The notes under the pieces are model-generated. The model was not told where the DNA came from. It saw only the letters and a program-made list of their open reading frames with translations, and did no database searches. 64,000 bases of DNA from Trypanosoma brucei. Taxonomy: Eukaryota. Shown in pieces: positions 32,801 to 46,312 of the stretch (within the stretch, counting starts at the first letter, position 1; every line of letters starts with the position of its first letter). The translations under genes and the position numbers were made by a program. Location: contig AL929603.2 of the NCBI GenBank assembly GCA_000002445.1, positions 992,001 to 1,056,000 of the forward strand. The letters are read 5' to 3'.

Positions 32801-33968
32801 GCGCGGAGCATGACTGAACATTTGCATGGCAGAAAGGCTTCGTCAGACATAAATGCAGAAAGAAAATGATGCGGCAGAGGGTAAGGACCAAGTAAAACAC
32901 GAAACAGCATATGGGGGAAATGTTAAGCAAGATCTGTCGTGTAATTTCTTTTTCAGTAAAATTGGAAGTTATGTTGTGTGGACGGTGAGTATGATATGCG
33001 AGGAGGGGGGTTGCGCAAAGGCTGATTGAAAATGACTGCTGTTGTGCTCCGTCGGGCAAAGCCGCTGCTGGCTCAGAAGATATGGCAAAAGAATATCGTA
33101 AATTCATGAATAGCACATACAACCTCAAAGTATGCGGCAAGAATTCTGACGGCAAAGCCACCACCAGCACGGTAAAAGACTGCAACTCTCAAAACCATAC
33201 CACAGTTATGATATGATTTCCCGCCCAATATGACAGTATACTTTTTGACATGCAGGACCTGAGGAAAAGGGAGACAATAGATGAGTAAAGACAATAAATC
33301 AAGAAGTTGAAGAAACAAAGGTGATAGTTGCTAGAAACACCTCACGAAAGCCGGAGAGCCTTCGCGGATTCAGTATGTCCTACTTGATGCAGGGGGCGGT
33401 AATCTAACGCACACACGGTAGCACGATCCTGGAATTGTCATCGCCCCAGGAACAACTACGGATGGAGGCACAAAGAGGTGGAACATAACAACGGAAAGCA
33501 GGCGGCGTTCAGGGTGCTATTTGAAACTCCTCAGACAAGCCAGACTTACGTGGTGCAAAAACAAAAAATAGTGCACAGTCGGGAAGGGAAGTGAAGGGAG
33601 GTTCGCAACAACGGAAGAACAGAATACCGAGAGACGATCAGGCACTTCCTCCAATACAAGAAACTCGTGCAATTCATCACATAACTTCCAACATTCAGTT
33701 CAGAGGGACGGTTAAGCCACAAAACAACGGCCACGTAGACAAAGGCGAGAAACGGCAAACCCCAGATGATGACAAAACATCTCGTCGCCAAGCTAACAAA
33801 TCGTTTTGCCCGCGAAAGAAGCTGGGTGCTTGCCAAGTCCCAGAGCACCTTCGCAGGGTAACGAGAACTTGCCCGTCGATACATGTGTAAAGCGTGGAAA
33901 AGGTGCCAGGAAGCGATTCAGACTTTTTGTGAGCTAGCGAATAGAGAAACGGTGATAATGAAGCGCGT

Positions 33969-34301
33969 GTGCGGTCATCGCACAAAGAGGAAGAAAGATA
34001 CTCGCTGAAAGTGCATATGGCGAGTCACAACGAATATTTGGATATTATGGAGTTTAATCCGAAGAAAGCACGGGATCTTTATGTACAAACTGTTTCATGT
34101 GACGACGCAGCTCATCTTTCTGTTCAAGAGTATCTTCAGAAAGCCTTGAACGAAGTCAATGGACGCATTCTTGGAATACCAAAACAGGAGCAAAGTGGAG
34201 AGGATTTGTGCGGCGAGGAAGAACTGGATTATTGTGCACTCTGGCACTGCCTTGAAAATAGACTGGTTGTTTCAATGTATGTTAGACAAGGGCTGACTTG
34301 A
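33969..34301 (+). CDS. Candidate small ORF (110 aa) with protein-like composition, function unknown
   Basis: ATG-initiated with a balanced, non-repetitive composition (MASHNEYLDIMEFNPKKARDLYVQTVSCDDAAHLSVQEYLQKALNEVNGRILGIPK...) in an otherwise ORF-poor stretch. No motif recognised. Confidence 0.2.
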   Translation: MRSSHKEEERYSLKVHMASHNEYLDIMEFNPKKARDLYVQTVSCDDAAHLSVQEYLQKALNEVNGRILGIPKQEQSGEDLCGEEELDYCALWHCLENRLVVSMYVRQGLT

Positions 34302-35245
34302 CATACTTCGGACTTGCCGCAAGGATTGCACAGGGAGAGGGAATCCAGATTATTGTTATGTGGCCCAGAGCAACGAGAAAGGATTTTGATTTCGCGCAAA
34401 ACAAACGAACAGAGTTATTAACAGATTTTCAATTTTCCACGAGTACTGCTTGTAGTTTAATGAATACTTTAAGTGCCACTAGGAAGAGTTATCACCGCAA
34501 AAGGCTTCTGGGAAGTGCTCTAAAAGGTTGAAAACGAGAACTGCATCAATATTGACTCGGGAGTTGACGAGGCTGTATGTACAACAGGTTTTTCTGGCTT
34601 TTGTGAGTTGGAGGTCGAGGCTACAGTGAGCTGTATCCGTAGTTGAGATTATGGGAAACAAGAATTAAGTAAATTGGTAAAACGATCGAATTTACTCGCG
34701 AAGGATATGTGCAGCGTAATTGTTTTGACAAAGGCTTCCACGGCTATTGGTGGTGTCGTATTGAGGCAGGGCAAGTGAGGAAAGAATGAGAATAAATGAT
34801 TTGACTCAGATGATGTTTTAGCGGGCACTGAATTTCAGAGGGATAGGGTGAATTGGCTCAAGCGCATGAACGCAACTCAAAAAAAAGGAAAATGCCGGAA
34901 TAACCAACCCTTCTCAAATTCGATGCGACGAATACGTGGGAGAAAACACATATGAAGAAGCAAATTCAGAACCGAAATCATCAAAATAAATGATGCAGAA
35001 CCAATCAATGAACCTCCTGGAGCTGTTTGCACATTTGATACAAACATTTTATAATTAAGTATTTTATGACACTGTTTTAGACTGTTTGCTTTCAAACGTT
35101 CCGTCAATATAAATTTAGAACCGTTAAAATATACTAACGCACGTAAAATCAATTTTCTTTGGCTAAAACACGAACCCTGTAAAAAGCAGCTCTGTCTTGG
35201 GAAAATTTGCAACCTATTTTTCGCCACGCGAGGAACGAATAGACA

Positions 35246-36607
35246 ATGTGGAAGTTTAAGGTGTTGGTGGCGGCTGCGGTAGTTATTATAGCAGCACAAA
35301 TTAATTCAGTGAAAATAGTTAACCAAGAGGAGTTTGAAATACTGTGTGGTTTTGTGCGTTTAACACTTGCACCAGCACCACTAATACAATTGTCTCAGAG
35401 GATAAAAAATGAAGCTGTGGGTGCGGCGGTGGATGCAATTTATTCTGAGCCCAATCAGGAACATCTGTGGAAAAAGCTATCACCAAATTGTGAAGCGCAC
35501 CAAATAAGTGACAGGGAAAGCGTGTGCGATGCCTATGCAAGGTTCAAACATGAGGCGGAAGAGCGATTGAAAACGTCTAGACTCACAGAACCAGAACTGA
35601 CGGACTATTCACCTGATGTTCTCGATCATCTAGAGAAAGCGTTCAAACTCTATCAAGCGAGTGAGCTTGAGGGTAAACAAACTAGTATCGTAACTTTGCA
35701 AGAGGGGATAAACTCAATTATGTATGGAGAGAATGACAGTGGTGGCAATTCCCTGTGGGGAGACCACTTTCGCAACGAAGATTGCGGAACTGTGCTGGGG
35801 CAACGTCCAAAATATGCTGGTGGCGCGCTAGTTACGGACCTTTTGTGCTTATGTGCGCAGCACGTGAATGGAAGTGACACCAAGCATCTGTGTTGCGAAG
35901 GCTGCAGCTGGAGAAGTAATACTACTGTGTGGAGCGAGGAAGGCGGTCTTAAACTACAGTGGGAGATACTCAGGGAGAAATGTATCGGGTACAACATGGA
36001 TCTCGCAAATCCAAAAGACAGACTGAAGAGACTACGTGAAGAAATGGAGTGCAGAACCGTGCCAAGAGGCATCGGTAGCCGTAAAGGATTGTTTGTTTAC
36101 ACATATGGTGAGCTGGAAAAGCGGGAACTGGTCTCTTGCGGCGGGGAAGACCGACAGGATTCTGGAGCGTGTGTCCTCTATGAATGGGGAGGAACCCAAA
36201 TCCAAACCGCAAGAATACCTTGGATGCAGCGACTCGAGAAACTTGTCGACATGTTGCCAAATGTTTCGGAGGAATCAGACAGAATGGAAAAAAGAAGGAG
36301 ACAAATAGAGAACATCGTGTATCGAGTAAACGAAACTTCAAAAAAACAGCCCAAATTAGAGAAGAAAGAGGCGTTATCACAACAAGATACACCACACCCA
36401 CCTCTCGGAGATGTACTCCAAACATTTACTGACAACCCCAACACTGAGGGCGAAGCTAGGGAAAAGCAACAAGTAAAGAATGATTCTTCAGACAAATCTG
36501 TTGAGATTAAGCCCGCTGAGGGGCGAACCCCAGGAATCGGTATCCGTCCACTAAAAAGTGCGAGTAAAATTGGTACACCCCTGACGATGTTTTTATTGTT
36601 ATTATGA
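35246..36607 (+). CDS. VSG-fold (ESAG2-superfamily-like) GPI-type surface protein, a paralogue of 21265..22302
   Basis: 453 aa with a signal peptide (MWKFKVLVAAAVVIIAAQ), the motif EEFEILCGFVRLT, Cys-rich, and a C-terminal hydrophobic tail (IGTPLTMFLLLL). Confidence 0.5.
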   Translation: MWKFKVLVAAAVVIIAAQINSVKIVNQEEFEILCGFVRLTLAPAPLIQLSQRIKNEAVGAAVDAIYSEPNQEHLWKKLSPNCEAHQISDRESVCDAYARFKHEAEERLKTSRLTEPELTDYSPDVLDHLEKAFKLYQASELEGKQTSIVTLQEGINSIMYGENDSGGNSLWGDHFRNEDCGTVLGQRPKYAGGALVTDLLCLCAQHVNGSDTKHLCCEGCSWRSNTTVWSEEGGLKLQWEILREKCIGYNMDLANPKDRLKRLREEMECRTVPRGIGSRKGLFVYTYGELEKRELVSCGGEDRQDSGACVLYEWGGTQIQTARIPWMQRLEKLVDMLPNVSEESDRMEKRRRQIENIVYRVNETSKKQPKLEKKEALSQQDTPHPPLGDVLQTFTDNPNTEGEAREKQQVKNDSSDKSVEIKPAEGRTPGIGIRPLKSASKIGTPLTMFLLLL

Positions 36608-39600
36608 AATACGCCGAAAAGTGGTGACCTTTGTTATTAGTAATATTTGCTGTATTCTACGTGCCACTCCCATGGTGTTATATTTTCAAGTTTGACTATT
36701 TAAATGTCGAAGAAACGTGCAAGTCTTTGAGAAGTTCATGCGAGCAGGAGAAACGACATCATGTCGAATTGCTGTTGAGGGGAATTCTTTTGCATTTGAG
36801 GGTGTTTTTGACCAGTTTATTACATGTTTTGTGGATGTACTCAAGGTTGAGGAGCTTCCACATATTGTGCGGGTTACGTAAGCTTGCAATATGTTGGTGT
36901 CGTGAGCACTGACAAAGATGTGGTTCACTATTTGTTTCGAGACCCTAGTGGTGTAGTGCTACAAGCTTCATTGATTCTTGTTAATTTTCTACCTCTCTGT
37001 AGATAAGTACGTTTTACAAGCGGAGTAAAGGTAAATTGTCTTGGCAAGTGCACATACATGCAAAAGATATCGCGCTGACATGAGGTGTATGTGAGCGCAT
37101 CTCTGACTTACGAACAGTTGAGTAATATTTGATATGTGTTTTTTACGGATTAATTTGGGGGAGCTGAGGGGTTTTTGAAGGTGAGCCGGGGTGGGAGCGA
37201 AAAATTTAGTCTAAAGTGTTGTATTTTTGAATTGTTCTTTGTAGGACTTCCTGTGCAGGGTGCTGAAATTGCTGATGGTATCGTGAGCGTGAAATAGTTT
37301 ACTGAGTTGTAAGGATTGGTAGAATTGGCGAATGGGACTATACGATTGATGAGGCAAGCAAAGAAAGGAGGTCTCTCCGGAGGTTGAAGTGCTCGGTCTT
37401 ATGCTAGTTAATTCAGACCTTGGAAAAACTGTTGAAAAGAGTCAGCACGGAGACTTGTCTACGCATGCGGGCCCAGACACAGTATCGAGATCCGCCCTTT
37501 ACAGATGTGCTTGAGTGAAAGTTAAACAGGAATTGAATGAAGCACGGGAGGCGGAGTACTCGGAGTGGAAGGCAGCTAAGTTGAAAAAAGTGGGTAATCA
37601 ACAATCGGAAGTCGGTGCTGAATTAGCCAGTGATATCTATGAGTCTAATCCACAAGTAGTTTCTCCTAAGTACCCAACTGAAAACAACATAAAAGACGCA
37701 CTTCTCCGATACTGTAGAGATGTCGAAGGATATACAGAAAACATAAGCAGCTTGAGTTCATGTTGTGTGGATTAAGCGTGAAAGCACCAGGGCTAATGCA
37801 GGAACAGCTTTAGGCACTGATCTGTTTTGTATTTGTTTGTGCAGTGGAGACTGGGACGAAAATTTGTGGTGTGCTGTGCGGATTGTACTGAGGGTGATAA
37901 TGTAAGAGTATGAGAACAAAAAATGACGATCCCACAAACAAGGTGAAGTAGCTTACGACGAGGTGGTGGAGTTGTGTAGGGAGCCCTTTGGCGCAAGAGG
38001 GACTGGAAAAAGTATTTGCGATTTTTTTTTTGAAGGACATGCAAAGTCAGTCATCACCGTTAGCATTCTTAAGATTGCTTCATGGGAAAATACACGAATC
38101 AGCCTCAACGGTTGAATAGGAGGCGTAGTCTTTGGGGGAGAGGATTTCCACGGGACCCAAAGCAGGAAGCATTGATAACCGCAGCACGCTCCCGTGGTAT
38201 AGAGAATTGTTGGGTGCATCTCGACTGCTAGGGAGGTCGCAGCAAGTAGTACGGGCGGCTGTGACCTACAGGAATAAGTGAGTTAAAGCTCGACCCCGAT
38301 AAATTGATCAGAAACAAGAGAAACTCGGTAGCTGAGTACTCCTAACTAACCTTGTCCGAGCAACCAAGTCAGAGGGAAACCAACCCGATTCATCAACCTA
38401 ATCCCACGACAACTACCAACATGATGGAGAGCAAATCACCATAAAGTGGCGATGACACAACTGACAACGATGGTAAAAGCTTCATTGATGCCCTGCCAAA
38501 ATGTGAGAAACACCGAAATGCGAAGTCTTGCAGTGAAGCAACGTGTGTAAAAGCATTGGATGTGTCAGGCCAGAGCGAGGACAGGCTGTTTTAAGCAGTG
38601 TAGATATTGTCCGTGTACCAACAGGATTAATTGTGTTGATAGCATTCGGGATATGGTCCAACTTCAAGTACAAACGTTAGCGACTGTGAAGGGATTTTGC
38701 TTTACAGTGGAACCCTCCCTTTTACTCTAACACCACAGATATGATAAGCGTGTTTGTACACGTGTGTATTTGTATGTGTGATGTTTCTCTATAGTTGTTC
38801 AACGCTTTTGTTTTCTGTGTATCGTATTGTTTGAAATGAAAACCTTTTCTTTGTGAAATATTGATAATTTGGGATGCTTTTTGGTAATAGTGGTGATTAT
38901 ATTAGAAGTGACTAACCGATCAGGTGCATATGATGTCGACGTTACCAAATTTCAGTAATCTGTCGCGGATTTTTTTTGACTGCACTGTCGAAAAAGAAAA
39001 TTTGTACGTGTTACGTTGACGTCATTTCCGTGTGGAGGGGTGTGGGAAGAATGTGAAGTGCCCCATTTACACAAAAAAATTAGATCAGTCGGTGCCTCAT
39101 TGGGTTCAACGTGAAGGGGGAAATCGAAAAAAATTTGAAGGAAATGTGAGGTACTTTGGTTAGAGGCGGTTGAGTGGGAACCACAAGCCTGTGTGATCAT
39201 GGCGACCTGAGGGTGTTGAAAGTCGTCAGAAAATATTGTGTGGAAGAGGACAAACGGTTCCACAAGTTTAAATGGCATAGTGTCGCTGGACATACTGCCA
39301 ACAACTACCTGTTTCTCCGCAATATTTCGGTTTAAAACCCTACTTTTAAGGGCGCTTCCTCGTCGGAGCTCGTCACAACTTCAGTGACACACGTTTGAGT
39401 GATGTACGGATATCCGCATCTAGCCTTATCTTATAATGTTACACTTTGTCACATTTTAGATTTGCTTTCTCGCGTAATGTTGGCTTCTGCAGGTCTTTGT
39501 AGGTTGTTGCATCTTGGGGACTTGGATGGAAGCTATGCATACTACGATCATGGCCAATCTTTTTTCTTTCCATATTACAGGACCTGCTGGGTGATCTCAA

Positions 39601-40144
39601 CCGTTGGCACATAGGTTGGATACTCGTTTGCTCCCCGAGGAATAGTTATGCGCTCCTGGGGACGCAGATGCTTTCACCATAAGTGATAAGTGCGAGTGAT
39701 AGCAAGTTATCTTCGAAAAAAGTTTTTTCTTGGTGATAACATACGCGTATGCGGATGACGGCATGATACAGTAATGTTTGAATTTAGGAGAGCTATAACG
39801 GAAGGCAGTGGGTTACCCAGGGGCTTGGCGGTGTGTATGTAAAGGCATTTAAGAGATTTGTGTAATGACGCGGAGGATTTTTCTTGAATTGGTGACGAAC
39901 AGACGGAGGTGTGACACCGGAATATCTGTGAAACGACGATACCGCTGCAAACTTTCTTTCCGTTATTTCACCGCGGAAAAATAACGTTGCGAACTCAGTC
40001 ATCGGCGACGAGTTGTGGTTGCTCCGATTTACGCTATATTAGAGTGAGGCGCTCCGCCATTGAGATTACGCAACTGTTATAAAATTTGTTCCTGCGCGAT
40101 ACACATTCTTTTCTCTCGCATATCCAAGTTTAGTGAACTAGATA

Positions 40145-41116
40145 ATGAAGGTTGCCGTTTTTCAATGGTTAATTTGGGCATTTTTAATGGCTTGTGCTTG
40201 CGGCAAGGATGACTATACGTTGGTGACTGATCATGAAGGTGACGCGCCTTTAAACGAGTCCGTATGTTATCTCAGTTGTCTTTCAGATGCATTAAACAAC
40301 TTATACAGCGATAGTGAGAAGAGGCTGTTTGTGAATGAGGAAGTATACGCAAATGCATCTCGTATATTGGATGATATGGAAGGAAAATCAGGTGAAAGCA
40401 CAAAGTATTTGAGTGTTATTAGTAGTGTAATTTCAAAGCAAAATGATAAATTGGAAAAACTTATATCTTATGGAAATGAAATGGGGGACCTTGTAGCTAA
40501 TGTGGGTGGATTATTTTCTGAGGTTAATGAGAGTGTGAGGGCAGTGAGGGAAGTATTGCCAAGTGCTCTCATAAGAGCGAATAAATATTATACGGCTATT
40601 GCTGAGATTGTTAGGACAGTGTGGGATGATGTTAACAGGCCTTTGAAACAAGATGAGGCTAAATGCGGAAATCAAAACTTTGGAAGCGTTGGGGAACCGA
40701 AAAACGAGTGTGTTTACCGCACGTGTCCACTGGGAGACGGTGTGAGTGAAGACACTCTTCAGCACTATAAGAAAGGTGGTATTGAAATAAACGTTCAAAC
40801 AGGTTCCGTAAGCGAATGCTTTAATAGACCAAGGGACAACTTATATAGGAACGGTGCAGAAAAGCATTCGAGTGATGTGCTAAAATGGCTTGAGGGTGAA
40901 ACCACCCGTTTACAACTTACGGTTGAAGTGCAAAAAATATTTGGTCCCCTCATCGTACCTTTTGCTGCTGGACAATCGCCTTCTGCACTTCGTGCGATGA
41001 TGTCCAATATCACTTTCCTCTATTCCCACTTTAAGGAGGTCCACAGCAATTTTACTTTAATGTTACACGACACCAACATTACTGATAATTTGAATAGTAC
41101 TCATTCCACCATTTGA
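40145..41116 (+). CDS. ESAG1-like membrane glycoprotein (copy 3)
   Basis: 323 aa with an N-terminal signal anchor (VFQWLIWAFLMACAC), the conserved SVCYLSCLSDALN and PFAAGQSPSAL motifs. Its 3' flank is related to those of the other copies. Confidence 0.6.
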   Translation: MKVAVFQWLIWAFLMACACGKDDYTLVTDHEGDAPLNESVCYLSCLSDALNNLYSDSEKRLFVNEEVYANASRILDDMEGKSGESTKYLSVISSVISKQNDKLEKLISYGNEMGDLVANVGGLFSEVNESVRAVREVLPSALIRANKYYTAIAEIVRTVWDDVNRPLKQDEAKCGNQNFGSVGEPKNECVYRTCPLGDGVSEDTLQHYKKGGIEINVQTGSVSECFNRPRDNLYRNGAEKHSSDVLKWLEGETTRLQLTVEVQKIFGPLIVPFAAGQSPSALRAMMSNITFLYSHFKEVHSNFTLMLHDTNITDNLNSTHSTI

Positions 41117-42819
41117 CAAACATGTTCATCTACATTTCCTTTCATAAACATATGTGTTTATATACATGCTTTTTTGCGTTTCCGCACGCGCACACGTGCT
41201 TAACAATTACCTTCCGTTGTTGTTGATCCTTTATGTTTCCATGGGAAAGCCAAACATTCCGCGGTGGTGGTGTTATGGCGTCTTGAATGCTGAAATGTAT
41301 CATGTGTGTGTATACGAAGTGAAATCCTCTCTGGTTTCCTACTTTCCTGGGCTTCTGTGTGTGCTTGGGGCTGCAAAGATATTGTAGGATGTACAGCGGA
41401 AAAGTTGGTGCGCATAGTCGGATTGTGGTCACTACATTACGATGTTGGCTCCTGGAGGTGTGGCGGGGAAGCGTATGATCGGTAGGAGCTCTGTCGAAAG
41501 AGCCGTAGGCATGCACTCTAAAGCTTCGTTTGTTTTTCCGGCAGTTGTCGCCGTTTAAGTGATGCTAATTCAATGTTTGTTTGTATGCTATTTTGTTGCG
41601 GAAAATGCATCGAAAATAATGTGTAGGTGAGGCCGTTCTGTGGGGAATTGCTTAAAGGTGAATTTTGTGCGTGAAAAAGAGTTGGCGCGGAGTTAAGAAA
41701 GCGGGGGTATTAACCTAGGATTTAAGGCTTAGGAAGTTGAAAAAATCTTGATCTATCAGGAGGGGGAAGGGGTTTAGCCTCTTTGTTAGGGAATGTAGCT
41801 GGCGGACTTAATGTAATAGGTTATGCATTTTTCACGTAGTATTATGAGAAAGAAACTCGTGTCCGCTCCAGTTAAAACGACAAGAATAAATAGCGGGCCT
41901 TCTGAAAGGGAAACTCCTAAGCATATTACATTTCACAGTCTTTATGCAGGCAAAATAGAGGACTGACAACGAATTCTTTTTACGGTTTTATTTCCTTTAG
42001 TGGTAAATTATTACGAGTAGTTAAATGAAAATGTAGTTGGTAGTATTTATGCATGGCTTACTGTAGGCGATGCCGCATATGTCCGCCACTGCGGAAACCT
42101 TAGCGATTGAGGAGAAATTTAAATTGTCGTGCGAATTTGTTAGGGCATCACAACTAAAGAAAACATGTCTCTTGGAGGAATAAATGAAAAGGCGAAAGAG
42201 ACGGAAGTTTCTTGTTTCCTCCCCTTCATTTTGCTGATTGATGACCATCGTGGCCACCATATTCCAGCGAAGAGGAGGGAATGCGTTTGCGCACATAATG
42301 TGACAAGACATGATAGTGTGGGACTCAGCCTTGGAGAACGGGTCGCTACGCATTAAAACTCCATTAGGTGGAGATTATTACACACCCGCTTCGCCAGTGG
42401 ATGGTGACCACGGTTCGCACGGTGGTCTAAAGGGACGGTCTCCAGTGCAGCCCGCTATCCCTTCCTATATCCACTGTGGCGTATCACCCCGCGAAGTCAC
42501 CACTAGTTATAGAGCTAATGGCATGTATACGACTTTGTTGGGTTCCCGTTAGACAGGGTCCTCAACCGCGAAACATGAAGTAGCCACATATTCGCGGATC
42601 AATTTGCGCTGCACACACGTAAATTTCTTCAACGTCCAAAAGTGCACTCGCCCTGGCACCACAGCAGTCACTGTGGCTGATATGCCAGTGTTCATGTGGT
42701 AACGATTAGCTTCCCCAGAAGAACTTAATTTTTCCAGGGTGCTAGATCCTGACACCACGGTGAGGCTGCTACCACTAATGTCAGGGAAATTCCATGATTA
42801 AAAAAATTCCAAGAGCAGA

Positions 42820-44330
42820 CGTATGTTTTTTCGTTTAATTTGTAGTAAAGTGAAGCCACCAAGAGGTATGTTGTCTATGTCGAATTTTATTTTGTGTAAC
42901 CCCAAGGTTTGGAGAATATGGAAAATGGGGAATCGTGTAAAGCACCAGAGAGCCTATTAAAAAAATTACTGGTGGTGGAAGCGCTTAAGTGCGCCAACGT
43001 GCTTACACGATACTTAAAAATTGAAGTTCAAAGTCACTGAAGGTGATATAAGGGACCCTCATAGCCTTTGGGAAGCTTTTTCATGGGAAGATGTAACCGG
43101 AATGGTATGTGATATATTAATTTGTGTGTATTCGCTCTAACTCTAAATTTTATTACATTTGTTTACCGTATATCATATATGCTCATACGTTGGTCACTTT
43201 TATTTGTTTCTTAGCAGTGTTTTGTGTAATTTGTTTGGCCCAGCCCCCGGAGGAAGGCAATGGTCGGGCTTGCAACAGTTCCATTATTGACGCTAACATT
43301 GCTTGCACTATGCGGCGAGTCGGAGGCTTCAGTTGTGGTTTCATCTGGCAGCCAGGAATGTGAGGGATACTGGGACTCCTCCAGGAGGTACCACTGCACA
43401 TTACACAATACAGGTGGCGAAGGCCAGAGGAGGGTGCGTCTACCACCAACTCCAGCGGCCCCAGCTCGTGACAAAAAAACGTCAGGTGGGACCGGTGTCG
43501 ACACCCAAGGGCAAGAAGCACGGAAGGATACAGTATTGAGTTCAACCAGTGATGGTCGAACTAGTCAACCGCCTCCGGCCAATAAAGAAACATTTCCTGC
43601 AGTAAACGGGAAATCAAGTGACAGTGTAGGCGGCGGCGTGAGCAAAGATGAAGTTGTGCAGAGATCTGAAAGCTTCAAAGTCTCGGCGCCGGCGACATCC
43701 CCAGCACGTGACTACAGCAAACCGAAAGTGGATCGAGCAAGGCAAGAATTGGGAGACGGGGAAGGTTACGGCAGAGAAAGTGTAAAAGGAAATGCGATCG
43801 TAGGGAAGCAGGTAGCAGGGCCAGATGGCGGAAATGTGGTGCGACCACCTCCACAGGATGTAGTTTCGTGGCCTGAGCAAAAAAATACACAGGAAGCGGA
43901 AACTATGGGGATACAATCGATCCAAAACGGAAAAGATATTTCAGATCGAATAACACAGCATGACAACAGCCATGTGATGCGGCCGCCGACTCGGGGGGTG
44001 GTTTCGGTGGCTGAGGAAAACGCACAAGAAATAATACGAGAAGACATAGATGGCGAGGCCGCCGGAGAAAACAGCTCACGAAAGGAGAAAGGTGCAGCGC
44101 ACAAAGGGCACGTGATGCTGCTTTCCGCAGTATTGGGTCTCACGTGCTCCTGAAAATCATTACTTCAAATCTGTGAACGGGGATGCACACACCTAATAAG
44201 GGCGGGGATGCACAATGTGCATACTTCAGCGCGAGAATCAGTAACTATTCTACAGCTTCGTTCACGGGATAAACACTTATGGAACGTAGTAAAGACATAA
44301 TTTCCAGAAGGACGATGTTGCAACGAGTGT
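42820..44330 (+). repeat. Duplicated module B (small GPI-protein gene plus about 400 bp of 5' and about 170 bp of 3' flank), copy 2. Copy 1 is at about 22940..24330.
   Basis: 5' flank: gtgaagccaccaa(a/g)ag…ttttatttgtgtaaccc…atatggaaa…gggaatcg. 3' flank: cagtaacta…acagcttcgtt(t/c)acg…gacataattt. Confidence 0.6.
43260..44153 (+). CDS. Small secreted, GPI-signal-bearing, Gly-rich surface protein, a paralogue of 23395..24174
   Basis: 297 aa with a signal peptide (MVGLATVPLLTLTLLALCG), the motif CEGYWDSS and a C-terminal hydrophobic tail (HVMLLSAVLGLTCS). The conserved 5' flank is cccccggaggaaggcaATG. Confidence 0.45.
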   Translation: MVGLATVPLLTLTLLALCGESEASVVVSSGSQECEGYWDSSRRYHCTLHNTGGEGQRRVRLPPTPAAPARDKKTSGGTGVDTQGQEARKDTVLSSTSDGRTSQPPPANKETFPAVNGKSSDSVGGGVSKDEVVQRSESFKVSAPATSPARDYSKPKVDRARQELGDGEGYGRESVKGNAIVGKQVAGPDGGNVVRPPPQDVVSWPEQKNTQEAETMGIQSIQNGKDISDRITQHDNSHVMRPPTRGVVSVAEENAQEIIREDIDGEAAGENSSRKEKGAAHKGHVMLLSAVLGLTCS

Positions 44331-46312
44331 AGATAGCTCCAGCATAATCATAAGGAAAATGAAAAAGTAGAGCGAACGATTTTTGTGGAAGAAGATAGGT
44401 TAATGGCTTCCAGACCAGAAGGGGAAAGCCTATTAAAGGCAGACAGGGTAACAAACGAGAAACAGTTAAGAGCATCACAACATCTTTGATGAGGCAGGGA
44501 AAATAAAATTCGATTGTGTTGAAGAGTCCATTCCCGTTTTTCTTTTGCATTCAAAAAAAAAACATAATAGGAATCGCTTATCACTTGGGGGATACATTAT
44601 GAAGAGAGTAAATGTAGGTTACGAAGAATACTATGGAGATCACAAGCTAATATGAAGAGAGAAGCACAGAACGGTTCGGCGGCTAGAATTAGGGGTTCTT
44701 CGGTAACTTGAAGACCTTTTTAAACTGATACTAATAAAAAATATATATTGAAAAAAAAGTATAATGAATGGGCGGAGCGCATGCACATGGTCCGGGTACA
44801 TGAAAAGTTATAACTAAGTGTTGAAAAAAACTCTAAAAGCAGGTAATCGTAACGAAAGAGGTGAGGGATAGCCAAAGCGGTGCCTGAACGAAATGTGATT
44901 AATTAAAATAAAACCCAACTTATTTTCAATAGCGCCCCTGTGTGTCTTTGCTTTAATAGTCTTTATGAGAGTTAAACCACAACCCATTTAATTAACTGGA
45001 CGGAGAATTCGTAAGGCAGTAATTCTAACATTTACATACTTCAACTGCCGGGACAGAATAAAAATAATGATACGACATCAAACAGGAGATATTTTGACAA
45101 ATGTGCTATGAGCTGTTTTCACTCCTATGATTGGCTGTATATTTGTGGATGTCAACAATGTTTGACAGTGATAGAAGTCAACAATTGAATATTATTCTGC
45201 TATTCCAGTTATAACTGATAGTTTTCAAACTCTTATTTTATAAGGGTATCAGCTTAGGCGTTGTTGTGTTGGTGGTAAGTTTTTGGCGTTCCCTAAAAGA
45301 GTATCTCCGGTTGCAACACTTTTGGCTCACAGTGTCAAGCGATGTTTGGGAGAAAATTCGTAGAGTATTGTGAAACTTCTGTGCGTGATGGTCGGGAGAC
45401 CTCATCATGTCGCAAAAGAAAACATACACTCATGATATTTTTGTTATTTAAAGAGATTGGCATGACACAACGAAATTGTAGAAGTGGATATGGGACTTCG
45501 AGGGAAAGCTTGGAGTGCTAGCATCAAGCAGGGGGTTAGGGTTATGTCTAGGCTTCGTGGGATTCTAATATAAAGTGTGATGTGAGGAAAAGCGTTTTTT
45601 GTTGCTCAGAGAGCGGTAAAATTCAATAGCAGCTTCTACTCTAAGGTGCGGCGTTTCTCCACACTTGTCCCTTTTTAGATCAGAGCAGCGTTGGTACTAT
45701 GTAGGTATCCAGACTTTGTACAGCGCCGGAGGCTTTGTGCGTGTGTGCTTGTCAGCTGCACTTGCGTCACCCAAATACTTGCTTTGCTGATGGTGTTCAA
45801 ACCACTTGTTTGACGAACGCAAACGCAATTTTACTTATTTTGTCACCGATAAATAATTTTACTCCTTAAGGCGTAGTATTTCTATCGAAAAGGGGCAAGT
45901 TAAGTAAAAAATACTTTACCTGAGTTTCTGTTGGCTATCATATGCAACATTGTGGCCTAGAAAAGCTAAGGTGTGAGGATAAAGTTTAACGTGAAGGAGA
46001 TTTGTTGAAGTCTACGCTTCAGTAAGAAACGTGGGCATTTTTAACTGTAAGTATACGTTTAATAAAACATTGATGTGTCAGAACCGTCCTCGTCCAGTAA
46101 TAGCTCCACTATTTTTTATTTCCTCCGCACTGAAGGTAAGCTATGTTGACGACACAATGGGAAATGATGTGGTGGTGATTAGGGTAGCGTTTTTCCATGG
46201 GGTTAAATTTCCCTCTGTTAGTACTGTCTAAACAGCAATATAAACAAAGCGCCCGCCATTGATTGGATAAATGTTGCAATAATCCGTTTTCACGTGATTA
46301 CATGACCGCCAC

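Noticed and set aside
45530-45550. Telomere-like hexamers (gttagggtta at about 45537; single ttaggg at 18511).
   Set aside because: Only 1-1.5 copies each and no tandem array, so these are chance matches and not telomeric or interstitial telomere repeats.
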